Both the position numbers and the translations under genes were made by a program. The notes under the pieces were generated by a model. It saw only the letters and a program-made list of their open reading frames with translations. It had not been told where the DNA came from and did no database searches. From assembly GCA_004431415.1 (NCBI GenBank), contig QPMI01000266.1, forward strand, positions 15,457-79,456: a stretch of DNA of 64,000 nt. Reading direction: 5' to 3'. Origin of the DNA: Cyanophora paradoxa CCMP329. Its lineage: Eukaryota > Plantae > Glaucophyta. Positions 44,767 to 55,154 of the stretch are shown one piece after another. The number at the start of each line of letters is the position of its first letter. The first letter of the stretch is position 1.

Positions 44767-45138
44767 TTATTCCCATTCTAGTGCACCTTTAAGCCATTCA
44801 TAAATGAAACCAATTGTCAAAATAATTAAAAAAATAAACATTGATGTAAATCCAATTATAGTAGTTTGTTGTAAGGTTAACGCCCAGGGAAATAAAAAAA
44901 CTACTTCCAAATCAAAAATAATAAATAAAATCGAAACTAAATAAAAACGAATATCGAATGTGCTTCGAGCATCTTCAAAAGGATTAAAACCACATTCATA
45001 TGCAGAAACTTTTTCACTATCTGTTTTTTGCAATGCTATAAAGTATGAAGCACCAAAGATAATACATGCAAGTATAAAACTAACTATAAAAAAAAGAAAT
45101 AAATCAAAATACTGATTATATAATATTACAATATTCAT
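44767..45138 (-). CDS. nad3: NADH dehydrogenase subunit 3
   Basis: [28 protein letters not shown]. Confidence 0.98.
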   Translation of the reverse strand: MNIVILYNQYFDLFLFFIVSFILACIIFGASYFIALQKTDSEKVSAYECGFNPFEDARSTFDIRFYLVSILFIIFDLEVVFLFPWALTLQQTTIIGFTSMFIFLIILTIGFIYEWLKGALEWE

Positions 45139-45152
45139 AATTTGTCAAAAAA

Positions 45153-45224
45153 CAAGGGCAAAAGGAATTGAACCCTTATTCTTAATTTTGGAGACTAATG
45201 TTTTACCAATTAAACTATACCCTT
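45153..45224 (-). tRNA. trnW: tRNA-Trp(CCA)
   Basis: Anticodon loop CTCCAAA; implies standard code. Confidence 0.92.
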
Positions 45225-45285
45225 ATTAATAAATGAAATATAATAACATAATTTATATTATAATGCTCTACGTATTTAATACAAT

Positions 45286-45359
45286 CGGGAAAGACGGGAC
45301 TCGAACCCGCGGCTAATGGCGTGACAGACCACTACTCTAACCAACTGAGTTACTTCCCC
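45286..45359 (-). tRNA. trnD: tRNA-Asp(GUC)
   Basis: Anticodon loop CTGTCAC. Confidence 0.93.
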
Positions 45360-45392
45360 AATATGTAAGTGCAATATTTATATCTGTATTAA

Positions 45393-45465
45393 TAGATGAT
45401 AACGGATTTGAACCGCTAACCTATTCGGTGTAAACGAACCGCTCTGCCAATTGAGCTAATCATCT
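45393..45465 (-). tRNA. trnV: tRNA-Val(UAC)
   Basis: Anticodon loop TTTACAC. Confidence 0.93.
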
Positions 45466-45495
45466 TATGTTCGTTGGAATATAAAATATTTTATT

Positions 45496-45567
45496 TACTC
45501 TCTGACAGATTTGAACTGACGTTTTCACCTCGAAAAGGTGAAGTCCTAACCCCTAGACGAAGAGAGC
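45496..45567 (-). tRNA. trnE: tRNA-Glu(UUC)
   Basis: TCACC-TTTTCGA-GGTGA. Confidence 0.92.
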
Positions 45568-45574
45568 AAATATA

Positions 45575-46237
45575 TTAAACTGTTTTAATTGTTGTTTGAA
45601 AATTGCGATTAATTTGTTTATTTAAATCTTGTTTTTTAACATTAATTTTTTTATGTAAAGTTAATACAATTGCACCAATAAGACTAACAAGTAAAATTAA
45701 TGCAGAAAGTAAAAAATAATACGCATATTGAGTATAAACTATAAAAAATTGATGCGAATTTGTAATATAATTGAACGAATTTATATTATAAAATAAATTA
45801 TTTAATTGAATACTATAATTATTTAAAAATAATATTAATTTTTCTGAATCATTAAAGGTTAAAATTTCAGATAAATTAATAAAAGAATTATGCGGTATAT
45901 TAATATAAATTAATGAGAATAATAATGTTATAAAAAAAACTTGAGCTCCAAGAATTATTTTATTTTTGAATTGATTTATTTTAATATTTAACATCATTAT
46001 TACAAATAAAAATAAAATTGCAATAGCACCTAAATAAACAACTAAAAATAACATTGCTAAAAATTCAGCACCTAACATAATCAAAAGACCTGCTGCATTA
46101 AAAAATACTAGTATTAAATAAAAAACTGAATAGATTGAACTATTTGTAGTAATCGCAATAAAGCTACTAATAATTGCACCTAAAGAAAATAAAAAAAAAA
46201 ATAAATATGATGAAATTATTAACTCCGGTGTATACAT
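45575..46237 (-). CDS. nad6: NADH dehydrogenase subunit 6
   Basis: GAEFLA..VYLGAIAILFLFVIMML; start taken at the ATG downstream of trnS. Confidence 0.95.
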   Translation of the reverse strand: MYTPELIISSYLFFFLFSLGAIISSFIAITTNSSIYSVFYLILVFFNAAGLLIMLGAEFLAMLFLVVYLGAIAILFLFVIMMLNIKINQFKNKIILGAQVFFITLLFSLIYINIPHNSFINLSEILTFNDSEKLILFLNNYSIQLNNLFYNINSFNYITNSHQFFIVYTQYAYYFLLSALILLVSLIGAIVLTLHKKINVKKQDLNKQINRNFQTTIKTV

Positions 46238-46290
46238 TAAATGATTATAATATAAATAATAAATACATAAAATTATTAAATTACATCCAA

Positions 46291-46374
46291 AGGATGGAAT
46301 GGGATTCGAACCCATGGCATTGTGTATGCGCTAGTTTTCAAGACTAGTACTTTAAACCGCTCAGACATCCATCC
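46291..46374 (-). tRNA. trnS: tRNA-Ser(UGA)
   Basis: CTAGT-CTTGAAA-ACTAG, long variable arm. Confidence 0.93.
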
Positions 46375-46380
46375 TATAAT

Positions 46381-46926
46381 TTAATTATTAATTTTGTTTT
46401 TATTTAAAATAGTAATAAAATGAAAAAATGAATACGTATTAAAATTGAGTATTTGAATTAGATATATAGTATGAAAACAAAGTAGATTTATTAATATTTG
46501 TTGATTAGTTTTATTTATTATATTATCCAAATAAAATTCATTTAAATAAATATATCTTAAATTGTTTTTTAATATTGTATTTTTTACTAATATTTGATTT
46601 TTTTGTAAATAATACTTCAAATCATTATAATTAGCAAAAGTAATATATTGATTTACGCCAACAAAAGTATTTTTTAAAAAACAAGTTTTTTTTGAAAATT
46701 GAATTTTCATTTTTGTATTTTTAGATGTATTTAACTTAAAACTATTTTTTTTTAAATTAAATGGTTTAAATTTTTCCGTCATTATTAGATCCGTTATCGA
46801 AGAATACTTATATATAAAATTTTTTTGATTATTTAAACCAGTGTTTAAATTATTTAAAAAAATAATATATTTATTTTTAAATAATTTTTTAGAATTATAA
46901 AAATTTTTTTTTTTATTTACCAACAT
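46381..46926 (-). CDS. orf181, possible divergent ribosomal protein L10
   Basis: N-terminal YIIFLNNLN strand, central KNT, LKNTFVG..YITF pattern; size fits uL10. Confidence 0.5.
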   Translation of the reverse strand: MLVNKKKNFYNSKKLFKNKYIIFLNNLNTGLNNQKNFIYKYSSITDLIMTEKFKPFNLKKNSFKLNTSKNTKMKIQFSKKTCFLKNTFVGVNQYITFANYNDLKYYLQKNQILVKNTILKNNLRYIYLNEFYLDNIINKTNQQILINLLCFHTIYLIQILNFNTYSFFHFITILNKNKINN

Positions 46927-46950
46927 ATTTTATAATAATTTTTTTAAATT

Positions 46951-47023
46951 TGTTTAGAAGTGGAATCGAACCACTGACCCAAAAATTTTCAGTCTTTTGC
47001 TCTACCAACTGAGCTATCTAAAC
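46951..47023 (-). tRNA. trnF: tRNA-Phe(GAA)
   Basis: Anticodon loop CTGAAAA. Confidence 0.93.
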
Positions 47024-47031
47024 AGTGGTTA

Positions 47032-47058
<27 letters not shown>
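47032..47058. repeat. (AT)n microsatellite
   Basis: About 13 AT units between trnF and trnM. Confidence 0.85.
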
Positions 47059-47064
<6 letters not shown>

Positions 47065-47105
47065 TATAAAAATTTATGGAGCGTTTAATTACAAATATTT
47101 CAAAT

Positions 47106-47178
47106 TAGCGAAAGTAGGATTTGAACCTACGCCACGAGGAGTATGATTCCACTGTTATAGCCGCTAAACTATTCCGCC
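47106..47178 (-). tRNA. trnM: Elongator tRNA-Met(CAU)
   Basis: Anticodon loop ATCATAC; paired 1:72. Confidence 0.85.
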
Positions 47179-47201
47179 AAAATATATGCAATGTCTATAT
47201 A

Positions 47202-47786
47202 TTAATTTTTTTTTTTTCCTGGTTTTATTTTTATAACGTCTGTTGTAAATAGAATACCTTTCCCAGAATAAATTTCAGGTATTTTTAAAAATTGAATTTT
47301 TTTTGAAAAATTTGTAACAGTTTGTTTATTATTACCTTGAATTATTATTTTATTTTTTTTTCTACACGAAACGGTTAATTCATTTGGTATTTTAATATAC
47401 AATTTATGACTAAAACCTAATTTAAATTTTAAAAAGAAAATATTATTTTTTTTAATTAAAAATTTAAAAACGCGAAAACCTAAACCATTTAACTTCAATA
47501 CTTTTTTATAAATTTGTTTATTTTTTATTAAGAATTTATTAATAAATGAAGAATTTTTTTTATTTAATAATTTTTTAGATAAAAATCGTAATCTGCCGGT
47601 TAATTGGTTAAATTGAGTTTTTAATAAATTAAAATATCCCAATGTTTTTTTATATAAAATGTCCCCTTTTCCATAATTTTGTTGTTTTTTTATTAAAATA
47701 ACATGTCTATTTTTAAAAATGAAATATTTTGTTAATAAATTGTTTTTTAAATAATATTTAGTTAATATATTCATTGTATACAACAA
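47202..47786 (-). CDS. rpl6: Ribosomal protein L6
   Basis: LNGLGFR, KLGFSH, PEIYSGKGI. Confidence 0.93.
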   Translation of the reverse strand: MLYTMNILTKYYLKNNLLTKYFIFKNRHVILIKKQQNYGKGDILYKKTLGYFNLLKTQFNQLTGRLRFLSKKLLNKKNSSFINKFLIKNKQIYKKVLKLNGLGFRVFKFLIKKNNIFFLKFKLGFSHKLYIKIPNELTVSCRKKNKIIIQGNNKQTVTNFSKKIQFLKIPEIYSGKGILFTTDVIKIKPGKKKN

Positions 47787-47791
47787 ATTTC

Positions 47792-48091
47792 TTAATAATT
47801 GTGACGAACTACACCAATGATTTTACCATTAGAGGATAATTCTTTAAAAATTATGCGTGATAAATTGTATAAAGATAATGAACCACGGCTTCTTCCGGAA
47901 ATAGAGCAACATTTAATTATATTAATGGATGTACCTTTTTTTAAGATTTTAGAAAATTTTTTTAATATATATAATCTTTCTTTATTTGTTAAATTTTGAG
48001 ATCGCAATAAAAATAATAAAATTCTTCTTTTTATTTCAAATTTTACAGTGTTATATCGACGAATTTTATTTTTATAAATATTTATTTTCAT
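47792..48091 (-). CDS. rps14: Ribosomal protein S14
   Basis: CSISGRSRG..YNLSRI. Confidence 0.92.
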   Translation of the reverse strand: MKINIYKNKIRRYNTVKFEIKRRILLFLLRSQNLTNKERLYILKKFSKILKKGTSINIIKCCSISGRSRGSLSLYNLSRIIFKELSSNGKIIGVVRHNY

Positions 48092-48099
48092 ATATCGTA

Positions 48100-48654
48100 T
48101 TATTGAGCAATTGGGAATTGTATAGAACTTAAATAAAGTAATATATTCTGATTGTTTATGTTTTGATATTTTACAAAATTAATAAAAACATTAATTCCAA
48201 AATTCATGTCAATTTTGGAATATTGATTCTCAATATCTTCAAAGGGGATTATAGAATTTAAACCAAAAGCGAAATTTATGTTATTTTGATTTAATTTATA
48301 TTTATATAAATTTAATGCTTTTACTTTAGGAAAATATAAATAAATTAATTTATCTAAAAAAATTAATGCATATTTGTTTCTTAATGTAGTTTTACAACCT
48401 AAAACCTGCTTTTTTCGTAATTGATATGCAGAAATAGCATTCTTTGAAATAGAGAAAACAGGCCTCTGAAATGACATAAGTTCAAAACACCCATATAAAG
48501 GATACAATAATGTTTGATCGTGTACTAATTTTTTTTGACTAGACTGAATAATTATACTCTCTTTTTTTGGAATTTTATAAATATTATTTATATTTAAACG
48601 GGAAATTAATTCATAATTTACTATATGATTTATGTGATACTGTAATCTTAACAT
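48100..48654 (-). CDS. rpl5: Ribosomal protein L5
   Basis: NIYKIPK, QRP, YQLRK..GCKTTLR. Confidence 0.9.
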   Translation of the reverse strand: MLRLQYHINHIVNYELISRLNINNIYKIPKKESIIIQSSQKKLVHDQTLLYPLYGCFELMSFQRPVFSISKNAISAYQLRKKQVLGCKTTLRNKYALIFLDKLIYLYFPKVKALNLYKYKLNQNNINFAFGLNSIIPFEDIENQYSKIDMNFGINVFINFVKYQNINNQNILLYLSSIQFPIAQ

Positions 48655-48655
48655 T

Positions 48656-49111
48656 TTATAATCTACGTGATTTTTTTTGCCTACACCCACCATGTGCTAT
48701 GGGAGTATTATCTTTTATTTTTAAAAAAAAAAGTTTTGCTTTTCTTAATAATGCAATACATGTCCTACGTTTTTTACGATTTATACCTTTAAAATATAAA
48801 TAAAACTTGTACAGATTATATTGTATAATTTTTTTTATAACATAGTCAGTTGTTAATTCAACGGCATATAGAGAGGATCTTTTTGATTTTTTAAAGCCAA
48901 CCATTCCTGAAGAGATAATAGATAAAACTTTATTTCTTTTATCTGTAATTGTGAATAATATATTATTCGAAGTTATTTTTATATACAATTTGCCAATATT
49001 CTTAATTTTTTTTTTGGTTTTTTTTAATGATTTTGATTTTTTTTTTTCTACAGTAATTTTTGTTTTAATAACTTTATTTGGTTTTTTTTTTAATTGTTTT
49101 AATACTTCCAT
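48656..49111 (-). CDS. rps11: Ribosomal protein S11
   Basis: SSGMVGFKKSKR, DNTPIAHGGCR. Confidence 0.93.
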   Translation of the reverse strand: MEVLKQLKKKPNKVIKTKITVEKKKSKSLKKTKKKIKNIGKLYIKITSNNILFTITDKRNKVLSIISSGMVGFKKSKRSSLYAVELTTDYVIKKIIQYNLYKFYLYFKGINRKKRRTCIALLRKAKLFFLKIKDNTPIAHGGCRQKKSRRL

Positions 49112-49126
49112 TGAATTTTTTTTACA

Positions 49127-49474
49127 TTAAACATATTTAATTTTTTTTTTAGTCTGCGAATTTGTATGAGTTCTTTGACCACGTACTGGTAATTTTAATG
49201 TATGACGTATTCCACGATAACTGCTTATTTTTACCAAATTTTTAAAATTTGATTTTATTTGATTTTGCAAATCAATACCTACATTATAATTATTTTCAAT
49301 ATATTGCGATAATCGAATTATTTGATTTCTGTTTAATTGTTTAACTTTATAAAATGGGGTAATTAGTAGCGCATTACATATTTTTTTTGCCCTAAACTTA
49401 CCTACCCCAAATATTTTTTGCAAACCTGCAAAAACATAATCATCTAAAGGTAAAAAAACACCAAGAATATGCAT
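49127..49474 (-). CDS. rps13: Ribosomal protein S13
   Basis: IFGVG, SYRGIRH..LPVRGQRTHTN. Confidence 0.95.
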   Translation of the reverse strand: MHILGVFLPLDDYVFAGLQKIFGVGKFRAKKICNALLITPFYKVKQLNRNQIIRLSQYIENNYNVGIDLQNQIKSNFKNLVKISSYRGIRHTLKLPVRGQRTHTNSQTKKKIKYV

Positions 49475-49477
49475 AAA

Positions 49478-50485
49478 TTAATTTAATAGGAATACAGGTA
49501 AACCATCAAAAGATAGCAAAAATCCTGCTGTAAAAAATAACCAAGCTAAGCTAAAAGGTAAAAATACTTTCCAACCTAAGTACATAAGTTGATCATAACG
49601 ATAACGCGGATATGCTGCACGGACCCATATAAAGATAAACGCAATTATCGCTATTTTTAAACTAATCCAAAAATACCCTGGTATTAAAACTAATGGATAA
49701 ATATTTGCTATCGGATACCATCCACCTAAAAATAAAATAGAAATCATAGTACTCATTAATAAAATATTCGCATATTCACCTAAAAAAAAAAGTGCAAATC
49801 CCATAGCAGAATACTCAACATTATACCCAGCAACTAACTCCGCTTCAGCTTCAGGTAAATCAAAAGGCGCTCGATTTGTTTCTGCTAAAGCCGAAACAAA
49901 AAACATAATAAATAACGGAAAATGCGGGAAAATAAACCAAATATTATGTTGTGCTAAAATAATTTTATTAATATTTAAACTACCAACACATAATATAATA
50001 GATATAATTATTAAACCTATACTGATTTCGTAAGATATCATTTGGGCTGCTGATCTTAAAGATCCAAGAAAAGCATATTTAGAATTGCTAGACCATCCTG
50101 ACATTATAATACCATAAACAGCTAATGAAGATACAGCAAATAAATAAAGTATACCTACATTAAGGTTACAAAATACGGTATCCCAATCGAAGGGAATTAC
50201 TGCCCAACCCATGAGACTTAGCATAAATGTAAGGATAGGTGCAAATAAAAAGATAAATGTATTTGCATTATTTGGCAAGATAGTTTCTTTAATTAAAAGC
50301 TTTAAACCATCCGCTAATGGTTGTAATAATCCCCAAAAACCAATAATATTAGGTCCTTTTCGTTGTTGCATACTTGCCATAACTTTTCGTTCAGCTAAAG
50401 TTAAGTATGCAACAGCAATTAATAATGGTATAATTATAGTCAACGTACTTGCTATAACTTTTACAATTGAATAGACTATTTGCAT
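49478..50485 (-). CDS. nad1: NADH dehydrogenase subunit 1
   Basis: [37 protein letters not shown]. Confidence 0.99.
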   Translation of the reverse strand: MQIVYSIVKVIASTLTIIIPLLIAVAYLTLAERKVMASMQQRKGPNIIGFWGLLQPLADGLKLLIKETILPNNANTFIFLFAPILTFMLSLMGWAVIPFDWDTVFCNLNVGILYLFAVSSLAVYGIIMSGWSSNSKYAFLGSLRSAAQMISYEISIGLIIISIILCVGSLNINKIILAQHNIWFIFPHFPLFIMFFVSALAETNRAPFDLPEAEAELVAGYNVEYSAMGFALFFLGEYANILLMSTMISILFLGGWYPIANIYPLVLIPGYFWISLKIAIIAFIFIWVRAAYPRYRYDQLMYLGWKVFLPFSLAWLFFTAGFLLSFDGLPVFLLN

Positions 50486-50556
50486 TTAGAAAACTTTAAA
50501 TTAATAAATAAAGATATTATTAGATACAACGCTAAATATATAATTTTATTTGTATA

Positions 50557-50628
50557 AGCGGAATGTCGGGCTCGAACCGACAATCAATGCCTTGGCAAGG
50601 CAGCACTTTACCTTTAAGCTAATCCCGC
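50557..50628 (-). tRNA. trnG: tRNA-Gly(GCC)
   Basis: Anticodon loop TTGCCAA. Confidence 0.92.
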
Positions 50629-50643
50629 AAAATTAATTTTATT

Positions 50644-51002
50644 TTAAAATAATTTTAAATTTAATGGCAGACTTTTTTGAAATATATATTTTAATTCTTT
50701 TGCAATAGAACCTCTAATTCTGTTACCAGCTGCAACATTCTTTTTATTTAATAATAATGCACCATTTGATCTATGTTTTATTGAAATACCATTGAATTTG
50801 ATACGTTTTTTCTTTAACCTATAAATTATAGCACTCAAAACCTCGCCTTTTTTATTTTTGATTGCGATTTTACTTTTTTTGTAGAAATAATTATTTTATC
50901 GCCAATTGTACTCTTTGATTTTGATTTTAATAGTTTAATACATTTAACAATTTTTACACCAGAATTATCTAAAATTTTTAAACGTGTTCCAAATTGGATC
51001 AT
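50644..51002 (-). CDS. rpl14: Ribosomal protein L14 (homopolymer frameshift near 50850)
   Basis: MIQFGTRLKILDNSG..KCIK plus GNRIRGSIAKEL in the adjacent frame. Confidence 0.88.
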
Positions 51003-51030
51003 TATAATAAATTTATATTTAAACAATAAG

Positions 51031-51104
51031 TAAGCTTAGCAGGAATTGAACCCGCACACTTTCCGTTATGAGCGGAACGTTGTAACCAATTCAACTATAA
51101 GCTT
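51031..51104 (-). tRNA. trnI: tRNA(CAU), probably lysidine-modified tRNA-Ile
   Basis: TTCCG-CTCATAA-CGGAA; third CAU species besides initiator and elongator Met. Confidence 0.8.
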
Positions 51105-51130
51105 ATTAATTAAAAAATTAAATTTAATTT

Positions 51131-51541
51131 CTAATATACCCCGATTATAGTTGTTTTTATAGATAATTTGGAACTCGCATATTTTAGTGCGTTCTTGGCT
51201 AAATTAGGTTTTACCCCACCTAATTCGAAAAGAATCCTACCTGAGCCAACACAGCAAACCCAATGATCTACGTTACCTTTACCCTTACCCATACGAACCC
51301 CAGATGGTTTTTTTGTTATTGGTTTATTCGGAAAAACACGCAACCAAATTTTACCAGATCGTTTTACAACACGATTTATTGCTATTCTTGCAGATTCTAA
51401 TTGAGCGGCAGAAATATACCCAAAATCGATTGCTTTAATTGCAAAATTACCAAATTTTATACTAGTTACTGAATTTTCTTTTTTTATACAACGACTTTTT
51501 TGAAATTTCTTATATTTTAATTTTTTTGGTTGTAGAAGCAT
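51131..51541 (-). CDS. rpl16: Ribosomal protein L16
   Basis: [16 protein letters not shown]. Confidence 0.96.
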   Translation of the reverse strand: MLLQPKKLKYKKFQKSRCIKKENSVTSIKFGNFAIKAIDFGYISAAQLESARIAINRVVKRSGKIWLRVFPNKPITKKPSGVRMGKGKGNVDHWVCCVGSGRILFELGGVKPNLAKNALKYASSKLSIKTTIIGVY

Positions 51542-52297
51542 TTTTACTATTATTGCTTAAATTTTTAAATTTAAGAGGACGTAAATACACCCAAGTTTTT
51601 ATACCAATATTCCCCCTTTTTGAGAATATTGTTTTATAGGAATATATTATATTTGTATTAATTTTGTGTAAAGGCAATTGAGTTTTTCCTCCAAAAGGAT
51701 TATTACTCTGTATCCATTCTGTTCGAGCAATTTGAGACTTACCTAATCTTCCAGACAAATTAATTTTGGCACCCATAATACCATGTTTAAATTTTTTTTG
51801 AATGTGATATACGATTGTTCGAAAAATAAATCTATAATTTTTTCTTTGTTTAAAGTATCGAGAAATTAAAATATTAATCATTTCTGGATATAAATTTAAA
51901 CTTTTACTTCTATATAAAATTAATTTCGTTTTTAAACCGGTTATCGTAACAATCCACTTTTGAATTTTTTTTAAAAGAAATGTTATTTTTTTTTTTAGTT
52001 TTTTTTTTCTATATTTAAATTTACTTCTCCTACGTAAACGAAGTTTTGTTCGTGTTTTAAAGAACCATGGTTTGCGAAATGAGAATATTTTTAGAAATAT
52101 AATTATATTTGAAATACTTTGATATATAATAATATCTGAAAAAATAATTTTCATTTTTTTAAAATAGATTTTATATATTTTTTTATAATATAATCCTGAT
52201 TAAAACGTGTAGCATATGCTCCAAGAGTTAAACCGATAGACGAGTGTATCGTTGTTTTATTTAAACGAAATAATATTGGATTTATTTTTTTGCCCAT
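51510..52297 (-). CDS. rps3: Ribosomal protein S3 (1-nt indel near 52155)
   Basis: Same as 1-757 but complete at the 3' end. Confidence 0.9.
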
Positions 52298-52568
52298 TTT
52301 CTTAAATTTTTTTTATTTTTTTATGATTACATGGTAATTTTGTTAAACAAAATTCTCCAAGTTTATGTCCAACCATATTTTCAGAAATAAATACCTGAGT
52401 AAATTTCTTTCCATTATAAACACCTAATTTATAATTCACCAAATCATGTGTTATCGTTAAGTCCCTTGACCAAGTTCTACTAATATAATTTTTTATAATT
52501 TTATTGTATTGAATAACTTTAAGAATAGAAGTATTAAGAAATTGACCTTTCCATGAAGAACGGGACAT
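52282..52568 (-). CDS. rps19: Ribosomal protein S19 (overlap copy)
   Basis: Copy of 742-1029 with a homopolymer indel. Confidence 0.88.
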
Positions 52569-52584
52569 AAGTAAAAATAAAAGT

Positions 52585-53402
52585 TTAAATTCGTTTTTTA
52601 ATATATAATATTTTTTATTTTTACTAAAAAAAACAGTTGGTTTACCTTTTGTTATGCGACTATATGGAGTTACAGAAGGTCTTCCTCCATTAGTTCGACC
52701 ACCATGAGGATGATCAACTGGATTCATAGCAATACCTCTAACCATTGGACGGCGATTTAACCATCTAGAACGACCAGCTTTTTCTATTTTTTTTAGTTTA
52801 TGATCTGGATTTGATAAAACTCCGATTGTTGCTTTACTGAAGCTACATACCAATCTGATTTCACCTGATGGAAGACGTATTGCTGTATATTTTTGATTTT
52901 TAATATTTTCTATATGAGTTTTGTATTTATTGTTTAATGGTTTATTATGTGCCATAATTTGTGCATATGTACCTGCAGAACGAACTAATTGGCTCCCCTT
53001 GTTTATTTTTAGTTCAATATTATTTACTAATAAACCTGGATTTATGTTGAAAATATAATTTGAGTTCCCATTTTTTATCATTAAAGTAGAGTCTAATATT
53101 TTGTCTGAATTAAATATGACATCACCAATATTTGTTCTGTTTGGTAGTATTATATTTAATAAAAAACCATAATAATTATACGCTGTTCCTATTATTGTAG
53201 AACGGTTTGGATCATATTGTTTATTTATAATTAATGAAATTTGCTTAAAATGACGTTTATAATCGATAATATAATAATTTTTTTTATGTCCACCGCCACG
53301 ATGTTGAATGGTTTTAACACCAGTGTTATTTCTACCACCTTTTTTAATACCCAATTTACAAGGTGATTTAAGTAATTTTGAAACAACTTTTATATTATTC
53401 AT
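52585..53402 (-). CDS. rpl2: Ribosomal protein L2 (overlap copy; apparent fusion to rps19 is an indel effect)
   Basis: Copy of 1046-1864. Confidence 0.92.
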
Positions 53403-53504
53403 TTTATTAAAATACTTTGATTTAGTATTATATATTTTTAATCATAAAAATTAATTTTTTTATATTTAAAATATAATCTAAAACATCCATTAACATTAAC
53501 CACG

Positions 53505-53580
53505 GGGCGAATAAAGAGGATTGAACTCTTAACTTTCAGAATCACAACCTGACACTCTAACCAATTAAGTTATATTCGCC
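53505..53580 (-). tRNA. trnH: tRNA-His(GUG) (overlap copy)
   Basis: Copy of 1968-2043. Confidence 0.9.
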
Positions 53581-53623
53581 CACGACCAATCAATTAAAAT
53601 AAAAAATTAAATTTAATTATTTA

Positions 53624-53893
<270 letters not shown>

Positions 53894-53949
53894 TTATTTT
53901 AATTATATTTTATTTTTTCTTGATTTATTTATACCAAACTATTTTATTT

Positions 53950-54213
53950 TTATTTAATAAAATTGCTAAATATAGTTTTATTTAACACAATTGAATTAAC
54001 CTTTAATGTAGTATTATTATTTTGACAAACGCCAATTAATGATTTATTTGTATGTTTTTCAAACCATACTAAAAATAAAATAAGCTTTCGCATTTTTTTT
54101 GAAGATGAAAACAAAGGAATTATACAATAGATATTTATTAAATAAAAAGTTACAAAACAAAAAAAAAACCAAGTAATTTGAGATAAATAGATTGTTAAAT
54201 CTAATTGAGGCAT
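53950..54213 (-). CDS. atp8: ATP synthase subunit 8 (overlap copy, intact)
   Basis: MPQLD...SQITW. Confidence 0.93.
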   Translation of the reverse strand: MPQLDLTIYLSQITWFFFCFVTFYLINIYCIIPLFSSSKKMRKLILFLVWFEKHTNKSLIGVCQNNNTTLKVNSIVLNKTIFSNFIK

Positions 54214-54242
54214 TAACGTTCGTTAAATTTAAAAATAAAATT

Positions 54243-54740
54243 TTAATTTATATTATAAATTTTATTAAGTACGGTTTGTATAATTTCAATGCTTCTCTCC
54301 TTTTTTATGAAGAAAAAATCAGCTGACGCGTTAAATAATTGGTTTATATAATACGATAAGTAATAAACACATTTGTTTTTTATTGAATTACCTAAAAATA
54401 GAACCAATACAGTGTAATTATAATTTAAATGAGTTTGAGAATATTTATTAGAATTTTTATCTAAATTATTTAAACTCATTAATCGTTTTTTTACATATAT
54501 CATAGTAATAAATTTATACATAATACTAGTAATAAATTGTAATCTTTGTGTTTCTAAATTAAATTTAATTTGAGACGGCATTTTTTTAATTCGAATAACG
54601 TACACGAGCAATATAAAAAAGCAAAAGAGAACAATTGATTCTTCTTGTAATACAAAAAATTCTTTTGCCAATATAAAAAACACAACTATTGGGAGTAATA
54701 AACGGTTTAGCCATCGACCTAAATACGATTTAATACGCAT
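54243..54740 (-). CDS. atp4: ATP synthase subunit 4 (overlap copy, intact)
   Basis: 165 aa, QEESIVLFCF. Confidence 0.87.
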   Translation of the reverse strand: MRIKSYLGRWLNRLLLPIVVFFILAKEFFVLQEESIVLFCFFILLVYVIRIKKMPSQIKFNLETQRLQFITSIMYKFITMIYVKKRLMSLNNLDKNSNKYSQTHLNYNYTVLVLFLGNSIKNKCVYYLSYYINQLFNASADFFFIKKERSIEIIQTVLNKIYNIN

Positions 54741-54922
54741 TAAGTTGACTTAGATGTCATCCTTTATTAGGTCAATAAGAAAAAATATTGCCATCATGAA
54801 CATCAAGTCACTTGATACGTAAATTAATTCGTATTTGACTCCTAAAAAAAACATTAAACCGAGTACACTAAGGAATAATACTAATACTAAATCACTTTTT
54901 CGTCTTGGATCCATTTTTTTTT

Positions 54923-54993
54923 TACAGATAATGGGACTCGAACCCATAAAAATTGCTTGGAAGGCAATCAATTTACCATTAATTTATATCTGT
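54923..54993 (-). tRNA. trnG: tRNA-Gly(UCC) (overlap copy)
   Basis: Copy of 3383-3453. Confidence 0.9.
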
Positions 54994-55037
54994 TGGGGTA
55001 GATGCTATAATTTATAGTATATATATCTTATATTAAA

Positions 55038-55108
55038 CTTCCTAGATAAGACTTGAACTTATAACATTGCAGTTAACAGCCGCACGCTCTACCATTAAGC
55101 TACTAGGA
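55038..55108 (-). tRNA. trnN: tRNA-Asn(GUU) (overlap copy)
   Basis: Copy of 3498-3568. Confidence 0.9.
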
Positions 55109-55154
55109 ATTAAAAATAGGTTACATTTTACACACATTATAAATATTTTATAAT

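Noticed and set aside
46238-46315. N-terminal extensions of nad6, rpl5 and the 73-aa ORF at 3210-3431 in the ORF track
   Set aside because: They run into upstream tRNA genes or rps11; downstream ATGs are the plausible starts
52302-53402. Apparent rpl2-rps19 fusion protein (366 aa)
   Set aside because: Caused by a one-base shorter T run; the other copy (742-1864) has two separate normal genes
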